64,000 bases of DNA from Candidatus Bathyarchaeota archaeon (GTDB lineage Archaea > Thermoproteota > Bathyarchaeia > Hecatellales > Hecatellaceae). The stretch covers positions 64,001 to 128,000 of the forward strand of contig JBQPWD010000006.1 in the NCBI GenBank assembly GCA_052246995.1. The letters run 5' to 3'. Under the pieces are notes generated by a model. The model worked only from the letters and a program-made list of their open reading frames with translations, was not told the DNA's origin and did not search any database. The position numbers and the translations under genes are program-made. This document shows, piece by piece, positions 1-10,998 of the stretch; position 1 is the first letter of the stretch; each line of letters starts with the position of its first letter.

Positions 1-200
1 TAAATTATTCCAGCTATTATTAGTATTGGTGAGGTAGCAATCCAAAAGTTATCTTTACGGTAAACCCATAAAAGAATCCAGGGGACATGTTCTAAACGTA
101 TTGAAGGCAAATATTTGGCAATTATTGGAACTACAATAAAAACTATACCGAGCAGGATAAGGAAAAAACCTAAACCAATAAAAAGCTTCTCCGAAGACAT
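1..200 (-). CDS. Small membrane protein, partial (runs off window start)
   Basis: Manual translation from ATG at 200: MSSEKLFIGLGFFLILLGIVFIVVPIIAKYLPSIRLEHVPWILLWVYRKDNFWIATSPILIIAGII. Two hydrophobic segments, GAGGA upstream. Not in the ORF track. Confidence 0.65.
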   Translation of the reverse strand, partial: MSSEKLFIGLGFFLILLGIVFIVVPIIAKYLPSIRLEHVPWILLWVYRKDNFWIATSPILIIAGII

Positions 201-396
201 TTTCCATCCTCAAACGTTAATAACCTAAACTCCATTACATACTATGTAGTACTTTGAAATAAATAGTAATAGGTCGTACTTTTAAACAAACGGAGTACTA
301 AAGCTTATGTAAACTGGTTTTGAGGGGTATTTGGGTTTACTGTAAATTTAGCCAGTTAAGTTTTGGTTTAGAAAGCTACAAAAGATTTCTTTGTTT

Positions 397-2061
397 TTAT
401 GTTTCACTTTTAACTTGTTTTTCATAGATTTCCTTTATTCTATTTATCGTATCTATCTCTTCCGGCGTTTTATCCCATCTAATTTTTTTTATTCTTGGAA
501 ACCTTAGCGAGTAGCCGCTTGGGTAAGATGGGGATTTTTGCACCTCTCCAAACGCAACCTCAACAACAATTTTAGGTTGAACTATAAGTTTTCTACCCTC
601 ATCTTTAACAGTTATACTTTTAAAAAGCTTTGTCATCTCCTCAATTTCCTTATCAGTTAAACCACAGTAAGCTTTAGCCACAGGAATAAGTCTACCATTC
701 TCATCTTTAGCTGCAAAAGTATAGTCAGATAAAACTTTAGCTCTTTTTCCATGCCCATACTCTACAGCAACAACTACAAGGTCTAAAGTTTCAGCTTCAC
801 CCTTAAATTTAAGCCAGCCTAAACCTCTCCTACCAAGAGTATATTTTGAGCTTGGATCTTTAATCATTAAACCTTCAAAGCCTTGTTTTAAAGCTTCTTC
901 AAAAAATTTTTTAGCTTCCTCAACATTTGATGTCAAAATACCCCTAGAAACTTCAACGTATCTGCTTGAACTAAAAACCTCCTCAAGCCTTTTTCTTCTC
1001 TCGACCAGGGGTAGGTCAATCAGGGAGACGCCATCTAAATATAGTAGGTCAAAAATGTAAAGCTTGACAGGAATAAGTTTAGCGTACTCTTCAACATCAT
1101 ACTTTCTTCTTAATCTTCTAATAAGATACTGGTAAGCTTTAGGCTTTCTTTCAAAAGGTACAACTTCACCATCCAGGATAAAGGAGTGAGGTGTATTTTT
1201 AACCTCTTCAACAATTTCAGGTAAAGATAAAGTGACGTCTTCACATCTTCTAGTAAAAATTTTAACTAAACCATCCTCACCTTTATGTACGGTTAACCTT
1301 GCCCCGTCATACTTAAACTCAAAAAAAGCCTTACCATACCTTTCAAAACCATTCTCCAACCTTTCAGCTGTTTCCGCAAGCATATGTTTAACAGGTATTC
1401 CAGGCTTAATGTTAAGCTTTTCAAGCATTGTAGGATTGGCTTTTGCAAGCTGTGCAACATAACCTATATCGGATGTTACCATGTAAGCTCTTTTAACAAG
1501 GTCTAAGTTAACTGTAAAGGCTTTTGAAATAGATTCTTCAAGCAACCCCTCCTTAAAACCATACCTCATCTCTCCAGTAACAATTTTAACTATAAATTTT
1601 GCTTCTTCAGGCGAAGCTTTACCCAGCAAGTTTACTATAATTTTCTGCTTCCTTTTTAAGGAACTTTCACCTTTAATCTCAGCAATTTCCAGTAAAGTAT
1701 TGTATGTTTCTTCAACAGTTAAAGGCGTCACATCCAAGCTTAACATACCAACCTTACGCTTAACCTTAAAAACATGTTCAGCAGCCAATCCCAGATCACC
1801 AAACGTGTTATAAGCCTCCACCAGCTTATCCTCACTTACATTAGCAGCCTTTAAAATACAGCCCCATAACGTTGACCATCCAACATCCAAATCCTTCGAG
1901 GAATACTCAGGAAAAATGCTTCCTTTAAGCATGTAACAAACAGCTGATAAAAGTTCTTCAGGAGTATTCTTTAAAAATTCAGCTACAACATCAACTTTTC
2001 TAAGCTTTTCGGAGAAACTTGCAACTTTGCTGTAAACATCTACAAGCGTTCTAAGCAACAT
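397..2061 (-). CDS. lig: ATP-dependent DNA ligase
   Basis: Adenylation motif EFKYDGAR, ILDGEVV, EGLMIK, WLKFK and C-terminal SLRFPRI..R.DK. Confidence 0.97.
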   Translation of the reverse strand: MLLRTLVDVYSKVASFSEKLRKVDVVAEFLKNTPEELLSAVCYMLKGSIFPEYSSKDLDVGWSTLWGCILKAANVSEDKLVEAYNTFGDLGLAAEHVFKVKRKVGMLSLDVTPLTVEETYNTLLEIAEIKGESSLKRKQKIIVNLLGKASPEEAKFIVKIVTGEMRYGFKEGLLEESISKAFTVNLDLVKRAYMVTSDIGYVAQLAKANPTMLEKLNIKPGIPVKHMLAETAERLENGFERYGKAFFEFKYDGARLTVHKGEDGLVKIFTRRCEDVTLSLPEIVEEVKNTPHSFILDGEVVPFERKPKAYQYLIRRLRRKYDVEEYAKLIPVKLYIFDLLYLDGVSLIDLPLVERRKRLEEVFSSSRYVEVSRGILTSNVEEAKKFFEEALKQGFEGLMIKDPSSKYTLGRRGLGWLKFKGEAETLDLVVVAVEYGHGKRAKVLSDYTFAAKDENGRLIPVAKAYCGLTDKEIEEMTKLFKSITVKDEGRKLIVQPKIVVEVAFGEVQKSPSYPSGYSLRFPRIKKIRWDKTPEEIDTINRIKEIYEKQVKSET

Positions 2062-2268
2062 CTCTTACTCTTCTAAAAATATTAAAGCAAGGTAACGTAA
2101 AACTGTTAAAGCAATGAAAGACAAACTTAAACTAGGAGGTTTGGAAATAAACGTTTCATGTTCTAACAGGAAAAATTAAGATTAACATCAACCATCTATA
2201 AAAATTAGCGTAAACATGTTAAAGTATCTAGGTATTTAGCAAATAATGCATATGGCAGACTAGTAAAG

Positions 2269-3021
2269 GTGTTAAAAATGAATAACAACGCTAAAAAGGT
2301 GAGAATGGAAAGTTTAAAACAAGAGTGGGTTGAAAAATTTAAAACGATATTTTTAAGGTTAAGAGATAACGAAATAAGCATAAGCCAACTTCAAAAAATT
2401 TTAGGTAGTAAAGGTAAGCTAAATCTTTCACCTAACATGGTAAACTTAAACTTAAAAATTTTCGGGTTTAATATCAATTTAACTTACGATTTTCAGACAG
2501 ACAGTTTAAACATTGATTTTGAAGACCTTATCAGCAAAGGTGAAGATTTAAACCATCTACTCTTCACCTATACAAAAATTTTAAATCAAAGGGTTTTAAA
2601 TCCTCCTTTAAACCAAGAAGAAAAATTTACCAGTATATCCATGCTACATGGAGGTTTTACTGCTAAAACTTACGAGAAAAGAATTGTTAACTTTATTGTC
2701 GACGAAGTACCTGATGCAGATAAAACTTTAATGTTAAAGATAAGCAAAATTATGGATGGATACGTTGTTCAACATTTAACAGCAGACTGGGCTTTTGAGT
2801 TGGAAGTATTTAACGGTTTTAGAGTTAGATTAGCCTACTGGAAAGGTGAAAATGGAATACCACCTACTGCATCCATTCTTTACGGGGTTGAAATTTTAAA
2901 AACAGGTTTACCTGTAGAGGATATAATAGTATTAACAGAAATTTTTGTTAACAGATTTGTTGCATGCTACAGAAAGATTACAGGAAAAAAACCAAGAAAG
3001 ATAGAATCGTTGTACAGCTGA
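2269..3021 (+). CDS. Hypothetical protein, C-terminal half DUF3786-like
   Basis: 250-aa ORF. Segment FELEVFNGFRVRLAYWKGENGIPPTASILY resembles the W.G.E..PP.A.IL pattern of DUF3786 proteins (recognised by eye). Confidence 0.5.
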   Translation: MLKMNNNAKKVRMESLKQEWVEKFKTIFLRLRDNEISISQLQKILGSKGKLNLSPNMVNLNLKIFGFNINLTYDFQTDSLNIDFEDLISKGEDLNHLLFTYTKILNQRVLNPPLNQEEKFTSISMLHGGFTAKTYEKRIVNFIVDEVPDADKTLMLKISKIMDGYVVQHLTADWAFELEVFNGFRVRLAYWKGENGIPPTASILYGVEILKTGLPVEDIIVLTEIFVNRFVACYRKITGKKPRKIESLYS

Positions 3022-3039
3022 ACCTTAGCTAAGATGAAA

Positions 3040-3543
3040 CTAAACTTTTAATTCTTCACCAACCCTATAAAAAACGTTTTTATGATGGTGAAGAAGAGGT
3101 TTAAAATCTAAGGTTTTAACATGCTCCTCAACAACCTTTCCAACCACCACGTAATGGTCGCCAAACTCTCCACAAAACTCAACAACACCCTCAAGCTGAA
3201 CAGGACACTCCCCTATTCTTGGAGGTTTAACTTTAACACTCTTAACAATTGTAAGCCCGGCTAAGCTAAACTTATCCTGCCTTCTTCCTGAAACTGTTCC
3301 ACAAATCCAAACTTTTTCCGCTAAACTTTCATCTGGAATGTTTAAAACAAACTCTTTAACCTCACTTAAATTTGAAAATGTCAATCTTGAAGGCGCAACA
3401 GAAAACGCAACATATTTGGGGTCAAAGCTTACAGGCATAAGAAAAGAAAATGCAGCCACATTTGGTTTCTCATCTTTACTGCACGTAGTTATTAACCCTG
3501 TAACTCTTGGAAAAATAAGTTTACTAATCCACTCTTTACTCAA
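3040..3543 (-). CDS. Flavin reductase family protein (FMN-binding split barrel)
   Basis: PNVAAFS, EFVLNIP, CGTVSGR..DKF, PPRIGECPVQLE, GDH motifs. TTG start after GGAGG. Confidence 0.9.
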   Translation of the reverse strand: MSKEWISKLIFPRVTGLITTCSKDEKPNVAAFSFLMPVSFDPKYVAFSVAPSRLTFSNLSEVKEFVLNIPDESLAEKVWICGTVSGRRQDKFSLAGLTIVKSVKVKPPRIGECPVQLEGVVEFCGEFGDHYVVVGKVVEEHVKTLDFKPLLHHHKNVFYRVGEELKV

Positions 3544-3654
3544 AGTAAAGCTACCTCCAAGTTTTAAAGGTTAATTGAGCTGTTAGAGAGGCACACTATT
3601 TAGCTATATATATTGTGCCTATCAGAATAATTAGGTATTAAAACAGTAAAAGCT

Positions 3655-4146
3655 TTATGTTAACTTTTCTTCTACATAATGCTTAACTTTAACAGCGACA
3701 CCACGCTTAAAAAGTTTCATTTCCCTCCCAGATAAGATAGCTTTACCCACAGCTAAAATATTATCTTGCTTATCTACAACTACAACCTCATCTTTAGGTC
3801 TAATATTTGTATCAGCCTCATCAACATGCTTAGCAAAAACATCTCCACCCCTTTTAACAAAATCTTTAACCTCATCTTGAACTATAACTCTAAATCTTGG
3901 AGGTTTAAATGTTTGGATAACTCTTTTAAATCCTTCAATTGTTAAATTTAAACTTCCTGTTGTAGGCTTTAGGGTTGCAAGAAGCTTACCATTAAGATAA
4001 ACTTCTCTAACCCTTCCAGTTTTTTTTGAAAATTTTAGAGAAACATCTTCAGGAAAAAGTACTTTCCCTACACCTAAACCAAACTGGTAATCTGCAATAC
4101 CCCTAATCTTTCTTAAAAACCATTCCTTACTCTTAAACCAGTTCAA
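3655..4146 (-). CDS. PUA-domain protein, stand-alone C-terminal part of a split archaeosine tRNA-guanine transglycosylase
   Basis: IADYQFG, SKKTGRVR, G.DVFAKHV..AD..IRP.DEV, GVAVKV match the ArcTGT C2+PUA region. Confidence 0.85.
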   Translation of the reverse strand: MNWFKSKEWFLRKIRGIADYQFGLGVGKVLFPEDVSLKFSKKTGRVREVYLNGKLLATLKPTTGSLNLTIEGFKRVIQTFKPPRFRVIVQDEVKDFVKRGGDVFAKHVDEADTNIRPKDEVVVVDKQDNILAVGKAILSGREMKLFKRGVAVKVKHYVEEKLT

Positions 4147-4309
4147 AATCTAATCATCCTTTAATTAAAAGGATCCACTTCACCTTAAAATTTTCTGGTC
4201 ACTGTTAAACGGTAAACTATAATATGATGAAGAAACTAAAACATTAAAAACTGAGAAAAAACAACTGCCTTAAAGTTTAATTAAATTTTAGATTAATGGT
4301 GAAATTTAA

Positions 4310-5818
4310 ATGAAGAATTGGCTTTTAGCCGGAAGGGTTGGTAAAAAACTTTCAAAGGAGGCTTTAGACTTTCTTGTTTCGGATGATGTTGAATGTGATA
4401 AGTTTATTGTTGAGGAGGATATTACTGGAAATGAAGCTCATGTCCTCATGCTGCTTGATAAGAAAATAATATCCAAAGATGAAGCAAAAAAAATACTTCA
4501 AGCTTTAGAAGAAGCCAGAAAATTATATCGTGAAGGCAAGTTTACCCTTAAACCTGAACTTGAAGATGTACACTTAAATATTGAACAGTTTGTTGTTGAC
4601 AAAGTTGGAGTTGAAGTTGGAGGCAAAATGCATACGGGTAGAAGTCGAAATGACCAAATAATGTTGGATTTAAGACTTTACCTTAGGAAAAAAGTTAACA
4701 ATATTTTAGGTCTTCTCTTAAAGCTTATTAGAATTCTTCTGGATAAAGCTGAAAAGAACTCTAAAACAGTTTTACCAGCATATACCCACCTACAACATGC
4801 ACAACCTACAACATTAGCTCACTGGCTTCATGGATATGGTGAAGCACTTTTTAGAGATTATGAAAGAATTAGGGATGCCTACACAAGGCTTTTAAACCTA
4901 AACCCCTTGGGCGCATGCGCAATTGCAGGTACAAGCTGGCCTATTGACAGAGTTAAAACATCCAACCTACTTGGCTTTAAAGATGTTCAGGAAAATTCTT
5001 TTGATGTTATTTCATCAAGAGGTGAAGATGCCGCTGAACTTTTATTCTCCCTAACTCTCACGCTAATCCATCTTAGCAGACTTTCTTCGGATATTATTTT
5101 ATGGACAACTTACGAGTTTAGGTTTGCTGAAATTGACGACTCTTATGCTATGGTTAGTAGTGTTATGCCCCAAAAAAAGAACCCTGATGTCGCAGAGCTT
5201 ATACGTGGAAAGACAGCTTCAGCAATATCCCAACTTACATGCGTTTTAGAGTTGATGAGAGGCCTTCCATCAGGATACTTTAAAGACCTTCAAGAATCAA
5301 AAATCTCAACATTAAAGGTTGTTGATGATTCTTTAAAAATTTTAAGAGTTATGGTTGGGTTTATTTCAACTTTAAAGTTTAATAAGAGTAGAATGCTGGA
5401 GCTTACCAAAGAAAACTTTTCAACAGCCGTGGATTTAGCAGATATGATTGCAAAAAAGACGGGGCTACCTTTTAGGTTAGCTTACAGGGTTGTGGGAGTT
5501 CTTGTAAAAAACAGTCTAAAAGAGGGCAAAAAACCACAAAATGTTACAATTGAAGACCTAAACAAAGCTTCAATCAAGGTTTTAGGTAAAAAACTTAACA
5601 TGGATGAGAAAGAGCTTAAAAAGGTTTTAGATCCTCTAGAAAGCATAAAGCTTAAAACATCACTTGGAAGCCCCAACCCTAGGGAAGTTTTAAGGATGAT
5701 TAGAAAAAGTAGAGTTAGGCTTAGAATAGAGGAGAAAAATTTAAAAGAGGAGGTTAAACGGTTAAACGTGGTTGAAGAAGAACTTCAGAAGCTTGTATCA
5801 AAAGTTGCCATGGAGTAA
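4310..5818 (+). CDS. argH: Argininosuccinate lyase
   Basis: EDVH, HTGRSRNDQ, YTHLQHAQP, SSVMPQKKNPD signature. Confidence 0.97.
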   Translation: MKNWLLAGRVGKKLSKEALDFLVSDDVECDKFIVEEDITGNEAHVLMLLDKKIISKDEAKKILQALEEARKLYREGKFTLKPELEDVHLNIEQFVVDKVGVEVGGKMHTGRSRNDQIMLDLRLYLRKKVNNILGLLLKLIRILLDKAEKNSKTVLPAYTHLQHAQPTTLAHWLHGYGEALFRDYERIRDAYTRLLNLNPLGACAIAGTSWPIDRVKTSNLLGFKDVQENSFDVISSRGEDAAELLFSLTLTLIHLSRLSSDIILWTTYEFRFAEIDDSYAMVSSVMPQKKNPDVAELIRGKTASAISQLTCVLELMRGLPSGYFKDLQESKISTLKVVDDSLKILRVMVGFISTLKFNKSRMLELTKENFSTAVDLADMIAKKTGLPFRLAYRVVGVLVKNSLKEGKKPQNVTIEDLNKASIKVLGKKLNMDEKELKKVLDPLESIKLKTSLGSPNPREVLRMIRKSRVRLRIEEKNLKEEVKRLNVVEEELQKLVSKVAME

Positions 5819-5923
5819 GTAATGTTTCAATCCGGCAGTAAAGTTAATTAGGACTAAGCTTTAAGGAAAGTTTAAATTCTAAACTTCAAATTTTTTTAGG
5901 AGGGTTACAAGTTTCCAGCAAAC

Positions 5924-7039
5924 ATGGTTAAAGAAAAAGTTAGAAAAGCTATCCTTGTACTTGAAGATGGCACAATAATTACTGGTTATGGTTTTGGCTC
6001 AACTTCTAAAGTTTATGGGGAGGTTGTTTTTAATACTGGAATGGTTGGTTATGTTGAATCTATAACAGACCCATCTTACCATGGACAAATTCTTGTTCAA
6101 ACATACCCGTTAATAGGTAACTATGGAGTTTGTCCTGAACATTTTGAATCAGATAAACCCAAGATTGCAGGATACGTTATTAGGGAGTTATGTTTAGAAC
6201 CAAACCACTGGGCTTCAAGAAAAACACTGGATGAATGGCTTACAGAAAACGGGATACCTGGAATCTACGGGGTTGATACTAGAATGCTCACAAAAAAACT
6301 TAGAGTTAAAGGGGTTATGCTTGGAATTTTGCAGGTTTATGAGCATAATGAAGATATTGACGTAGAAAAACTTGTTAGAGAGGCTAAAAACATACCTGAC
6401 CCCAATAAAAGAGACCTTGCAAAAGAAGTTTCAACCAGACATGTCATCAAACATAACGTTAACGGAAAGTGTAATATTGCGCTTATAGATTGCGGAGTTA
6501 AAAGAAGTATTATAGAAAATCTATTAACTAGAGGTTTAAACGTAATCCAGTATCCAATAGAAACCCCTGCAGATGTCATAATTTCAGATAAGCCTAACGG
6601 AATACTAATATCCAATGGTCCTGGAGATCCTAAAATGGTGCCATACCTTTTTAAAAATGTAGCAAAGCTTATTGAAACAGGAATTCCTATCTTCGGCATA
6701 TGTCTGGGAAGCCAGGTTTTGGCTTTAGCTTTTGGCGGAAATACCTACAAGCTTAAATTTGGGCATAGGGGTCAAAATCACCCTGTACTAGATTTAAATG
6801 ATGGAGTAAGATGTTATATTACAAGTCAAAATCATGGTTATGCAATAGACCCCTACAGCCTTCCTTTTGATATTAAAATTACGTTTATAAACGCTAACGA
6901 TAAAACTGTTGAAGGAATTAGACACAAAAGTTTACCAGTTTTTGCAGTTCAGTTTCATCCTGAAGCCTCGCCTGGACCTTATGATACAGACTTTTTCTTT
7001 GATGAGTTTGTAAGGGAAGTTAAAAAGTTTGGGGGGTAA
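5924..7039 (+). CDS. carA: Carbamoyl-phosphate synthase small subunit
   Basis: GEVVFNTGMVGY, SNGPGDP, GICLG, FGHRGQNHP, QFHPEASPGP. Confidence 0.98.
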   Translation: MVKEKVRKAILVLEDGTIITGYGFGSTSKVYGEVVFNTGMVGYVESITDPSYHGQILVQTYPLIGNYGVCPEHFESDKPKIAGYVIRELCLEPNHWASRKTLDEWLTENGIPGIYGVDTRMLTKKLRVKGVMLGILQVYEHNEDIDVEKLVREAKNIPDPNKRDLAKEVSTRHVIKHNVNGKCNIALIDCGVKRSIIENLLTRGLNVIQYPIETPADVIISDKPNGILISNGPGDPKMVPYLFKNVAKLIETGIPIFGICLGSQVLALAFGGNTYKLKFGHRGQNHPVLDLNDGVRCYITSQNHGYAIDPYSLPFDIKITFINANDKTVEGIRHKSLPVFAVQFHPEASPGPYDTDFFFDEFVREVKKFGG

Positions 7040-7048
7040 AAGGTTCAA

Positions 7049-10000
7049 ATGTCTCTGAGAGAAACACCTAAAAAGGTTTTAATTATTGGAAGTGGCGGTA
7101 TAGTTATTGGACAAGCTGCGGAGTTTGACTATAGCGGTTCCCAGGCTTTAAAGGCTTTACGTGAGGAAGGGATTGAAACCATTCTTGTAAATCCTAATGT
7201 TGCAACAATTCAAACAAGTTTAAGATTGGCTGATAAAGTTTACCTTGAACCTTTAACACCTGAAGTTGTTGCTGAAATTATTAGAAAAGAAAAACCTGAC
7301 GGAATTTTACTTGGTTTTGGAGGGCAAACAGCCTTAAACATTGGAGTTAAACTGGATGAAATGGGAGTGTTAGAAGCAGAAGGTGTTAAGGTTTTTGGAA
7401 GTTCTATTGAAACTATAAGAAAGACTGAAGATAGAGACCTTTTTAAAAAGGAAATGATTGAAGCCAATGTTCCAGTACCTATAAGTCACGCAGCATACTC
7501 AGTTGAGGAGGCTGTTAAAATTGCCAGAGAAATTGGTTATCCAGTAATTCTTAGACCTGCCTACATTCTTGGAGGATATGGTTCAACAGTAGTTTACAAC
7601 GAGGAAAGTCTTAAAGATGCTGTGTTAAAAGCTATTGGATTAAGCTTAGAAGGTCAAGTTCTTGTTGAACAATACCTTGAAAATTGGAAGGAAATTGAAT
7701 ATGAAGTTATGAGAGATTATGCTGACAACTGTATAACTGTTGCAGCCCTAGAAAACTTTGACCCTTTAGGGATACATACAGGAGATAGTATTGTTGTTGC
7801 CCCAACCCAAACGTTAACAAACAGAGAATACCATCTTCTTAGAAGTGCAGGGATTAGGGTTGTTAAGAAGTTAAAGGTTGTAGGCGAATGTAATATACAG
7901 TTTGGGCTTAGCCCTCGCGGTGAAGATTATGTTTCTATCGAAGTTAACGCTAGAATGTCTAGGTCTAGCGCCTTAGCATCAAAAGCTACAGGGTATCCTT
8001 TAGCCTACATTGCAGCTAAGCTTGCTATAGGATATACCCTACCTGAACTTGTAAATAAGGTTACAGGTGTAACAACAGCATGCTTTGAACCTGCCCTAGA
8101 TTATGTTGTTGTTAAAATTCCAAGATGGGATTTCCAAAAGTTTCCAGGTCCTGTAGATAGAACCCTAGGTTCACAAATGAAGTCTGTTGGCGAGGTTATG
8201 GCTATTGGAAGATGTTTTGAGGAGGCTTTACAAAAGGCTATCCGCGGCCTTGAAATAGGCAAAATAGGGCTTGTATGCAACAAGTCAAACCCTGTTAAAA
8301 GGTCTAAAGAAGAAATCGAAAAACTATTGCGGCATCCAACTGATGAAAGAATCTTTGTTATTGCTGAGGCATTGGAAAAAGAATTTTTTGATGTTGATGA
8401 AATCTCTAAGCTTACAGGGATTGACCGTTGGTTTATCTGTAAAATTAAGAATATTGTTGAGATAAAGAAAAAGCTGGAAAAGCTTTCTCTTGAAGATGAG
8501 GAGTCTGTTGAAGTTATACGTGAAGCAAAAAAATATGGTTTTTCAGATAGTCAAATAGCGGTATGCTTAGGAATTAGTGAAAAAGAGGTTAGAAGCTTTA
8601 GGAAAAAATTTGGTATTAAACCTTCATTTAAAATCATAGACACCATGGCGGCGGAGTGGGCTTCCAAAACAAACTATTGTTATGTAACCTATGGAGATGT
8701 TGAAAATGATGTTGATTTTTCGGAGAATAAGAAAAAGGTTCTAATTCTTGGTGCAGGATGTATAAGAATTGGAAGTAGCGTTGAATTTGATTACTGTACA
8801 ATGAATACAGCATGGTCTTTAAAAGAGGAGGGAATTGACGAAATTATAGTTTTAAACAACAACCCTGAAACAGTTTCAACAGACTATGATATGTCCGACA
8901 AGCTATATTTTGATGAAATAACGCTTGAAAGAGTTTTAGACATAGTTGAAGCTGAAAAACCAATAGGTGTTGTTGCGAATGTTGGTGGGCAAACATCAAA
9001 TAACCTAGCTTTACCGCTGGAAAAACATGGAGTTAAACTTTTAGGCACTTCTGGAGTAAAAGTTGATAGAGCTGAAGATAGAGCTAAATTTAGCGCCCTA
9101 CTTGATAAACTAAACATACCTCAACCAAAGTGGAGTAGTGTAACCTCACTTGAGAACGCTAAAAAATTTGCTGAAGAAATAGGTTACCCTGTTTTAGTAC
9201 GTCCATCTTATGTTCTTTCAGGTGCCGCTATGAGGGTTGCTAATGATGAAAAAGAGCTTTTAGAGTATATTAGAAACGCAACATTAATTTCACCGGAATA
9301 CCCGGTTGTTATCAGCAAATTTATTGAGGACTCAAAAGAAGTTGAGGTTGATGCTGTTTCTGATGGTGAGGAAACCCTTATAGGGGCAATAATTGAGCAT
9401 ATTGAGCTTGCAGGTACCCATAGTGGAGATGCAACAATGATTATTCCGGTACAAACGTTAACAAACGAGGAAACAGAAAAAATTAAGAATTATACCAACA
9501 TGATTGCAAAGGAAATTGGCATTATAGGACCATTTAACATTCAATTTTTAGTTAAGAATGGTGAAGTTTACGTTATTGAGCTTAACCTTAGAGCCAGTAG
9601 AAGCATGCCTTATACGAGTAAATGTACAGGAATGCCGCTAATTTATATTGGCGGAAAAGTTATGATGGGTAAAAAAATTGGAGAGTTAAACATTAACATA
9701 AATAGTGACTATAAAAACAACAGGAAAATAGTTGGAGTTAAAATGCCGACGTTTTCATTTCTAAGAATTAAAGGGGCAGATCCATTTTTAGGTGTTGAAA
9801 TGACTTCGACTGGTGAAGTAGCATGCTTGGATGATAGTGTTGAAGGTGCACTGCTGAAAGCTTTTCTAGCTTCAGGTTTAAGTATACCTAAACCAAAAAA
9901 GTTTATCCTTATTAGTGTTCGTGAAAAGGATAAGAAAGATGCTTTAGAAATTGCAAGATACGCTAGAGAAATAGGATATCCATTAATTGCAACCAATGGT

Positions 10001-10321
10001 ACAGCAAAAATTCTTCAAGAGGACGGTATGGAAGTTCTTAGCTTAGGAAAGATTAGTGAAGGCATTAGAAGTATACCAAAAATGATTTCAGCCGGAGACA
10101 TAGGCTTAGTTATAAACACACCTACTCCGACAAAAGAAAAAACTATAGATGATAATTATATTATCAGGCGTACCGCTACAGAGTTCTCGGTTCCAGTTTT
10201 AACAAGAATTGAAACTGCCAAAGCATTTATGAGGGCTTTAGCCGAGAAAAGCTGCTCAAAACTTAACATAAAATCGCTAAACGAGTACCATAAAGAAAAC
10301 CCGTGGTTAAAGTATGTTTAG
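7049..10321 (+). CDS. carB: Carbamoyl-phosphate synthase large subunit
   Basis: IGQAAEFDYSG, two ATP-grasp halves, NNNPETVSTDYD, C-terminal MGS domain, 1090 aa. Confidence 0.98.
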   Translation: MSLRETPKKVLIIGSGGIVIGQAAEFDYSGSQALKALREEGIETILVNPNVATIQTSLRLADKVYLEPLTPEVVAEIIRKEKPDGILLGFGGQTALNIGVKLDEMGVLEAEGVKVFGSSIETIRKTEDRDLFKKEMIEANVPVPISHAAYSVEEAVKIAREIGYPVILRPAYILGGYGSTVVYNEESLKDAVLKAIGLSLEGQVLVEQYLENWKEIEYEVMRDYADNCITVAALENFDPLGIHTGDSIVVAPTQTLTNREYHLLRSAGIRVVKKLKVVGECNIQFGLSPRGEDYVSIEVNARMSRSSALASKATGYPLAYIAAKLAIGYTLPELVNKVTGVTTACFEPALDYVVVKIPRWDFQKFPGPVDRTLGSQMKSVGEVMAIGRCFEEALQKAIRGLEIGKIGLVCNKSNPVKRSKEEIEKLLRHPTDERIFVIAEALEKEFFDVDEISKLTGIDRWFICKIKNIVEIKKKLEKLSLEDEESVEVIREAKKYGFSDSQIAVCLGISEKEVRSFRKKFGIKPSFKIIDTMAAEWASKTNYCYVTYGDVENDVDFSENKKKVLILGAGCIRIGSSVEFDYCTMNTAWSLKEEGIDEIIVLNNNPETVSTDYDMSDKLYFDEITLERVLDIVEAEKPIGVVANVGGQTSNNLALPLEKHGVKLLGTSGVKVDRAEDRAKFSALLDKLNIPQPKWSSVTSLENAKKFAEEIGYPVLVRPSYVLSGAAMRVANDEKELLEYIRNATLISPEYPVVISKFIEDSKEVEVDAVSDGEETLIGAIIEHIELAGTHSGDATMIIPVQTLTNEETEKIKNYTNMIAKEIGIIGPFNIQFLVKNGEVYVIELNLRASRSMPYTSKCTGMPLIYIGGKVMMGKKIGELNININSDYKNNRKIVGVKMPTFSFLRIKGADPFLGVEMTSTGEVACLDDSVEGALLKAFLASGLSIPKPKKFILISVREKDKKDALEIARYAREIGYPLIATNGTAKILQEDGMEVLSLGKISEGIRSIPKMISAGDIGLVINTPTPTKEKTIDDNYIIRRTATEFSVPVLTRIETAKAFMRALAEKSCSKLNIKSLNEYHKENPWLKYV

Positions 10322-10342
10322 AAAAAGTAGTTAAGTAATTTT

Positions 10343-10966
10343 TTAACCTTTAAACTTTAAAATAAGGTTTAAGAAGTATTCATGAAACCTTAAATCATCT
10401 GTAAGCTCAGGATGAAATGCTGTTGCTAAAAGATTTCCATTTTGGACAGCGACAATTTTTTCCTCGTATTTGGCTAAAACTTTAACATTACCCCAAACCT
10501 TTTCAACTATAGGGGCTCTAATAAAAACAGCTGGAAAAGGTTTTTCACCTAAAAGAGGTATCTCAAGGTCAACTTCAAAAGATTCCCTTTGTCTTCCAAA
10601 AGCATTTCTAACAACCCTAATATCCATCAAGCCAAAGGTTGGCTGGTTAACAACACCAATTTTTGCATCATAAACCTCCTTAGCTAAAAGTATTAAGCCA
10701 GCACACGTACCAAAAATTGGGGTACCGTGTTTAGCTTTCTCAACAATCTTACTACTCAAATTGGTCTTTTCAGCCACACGACCAACAGTCGTGCTTTCAC
10801 CACCAGGAATAATAAACCCATCAAGGTTGGTAATATCATCAGCCTTTTTAGCTGGAAAGACAGAACCTTCAACATTGCACTTTTTAAGTGTTTTTTCCAT
10901 AACATTAATATGCTCTGAAACTGCGCCCTGAATTCCTAAAACGCCAATTAAAACTTTAGCCATCAC
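10343..10966 (-). CDS. pdxT: Pyridoxal 5'-phosphate synthase glutaminase subunit
   Basis: PGGEST, GTCAG, RNAFGRQ, FIRAP, FHPEL. Confidence 0.97.
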   Translation of the reverse strand: MMAKVLIGVLGIQGAVSEHINVMEKTLKKCNVEGSVFPAKKADDITNLDGFIIPGGESTTVGRVAEKTNLSSKIVEKAKHGTPIFGTCAGLILLAKEVYDAKIGVVNQPTFGLMDIRVVRNAFGRQRESFEVDLEIPLLGEKPFPAVFIRAPIVEKVWGNVKVLAKYEEKIVAVQNGNLLATAFHPELTDDLRFHEYFLNLILKFKG

Positions 10967-10998
10967 AAACCCAACCTAACAAGTTAAGAATAATTTAG

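Noticed and set aside
3589-3620. AGGCACA-N18-TGTGCCT inverted repeat flanking a TATA-like stretch upstream of the flavin reductase
   Set aside because: Only 7-bp arms with a long spacer and a single occurrence. It could be an operator or terminator but is not distinguishable from chance here.
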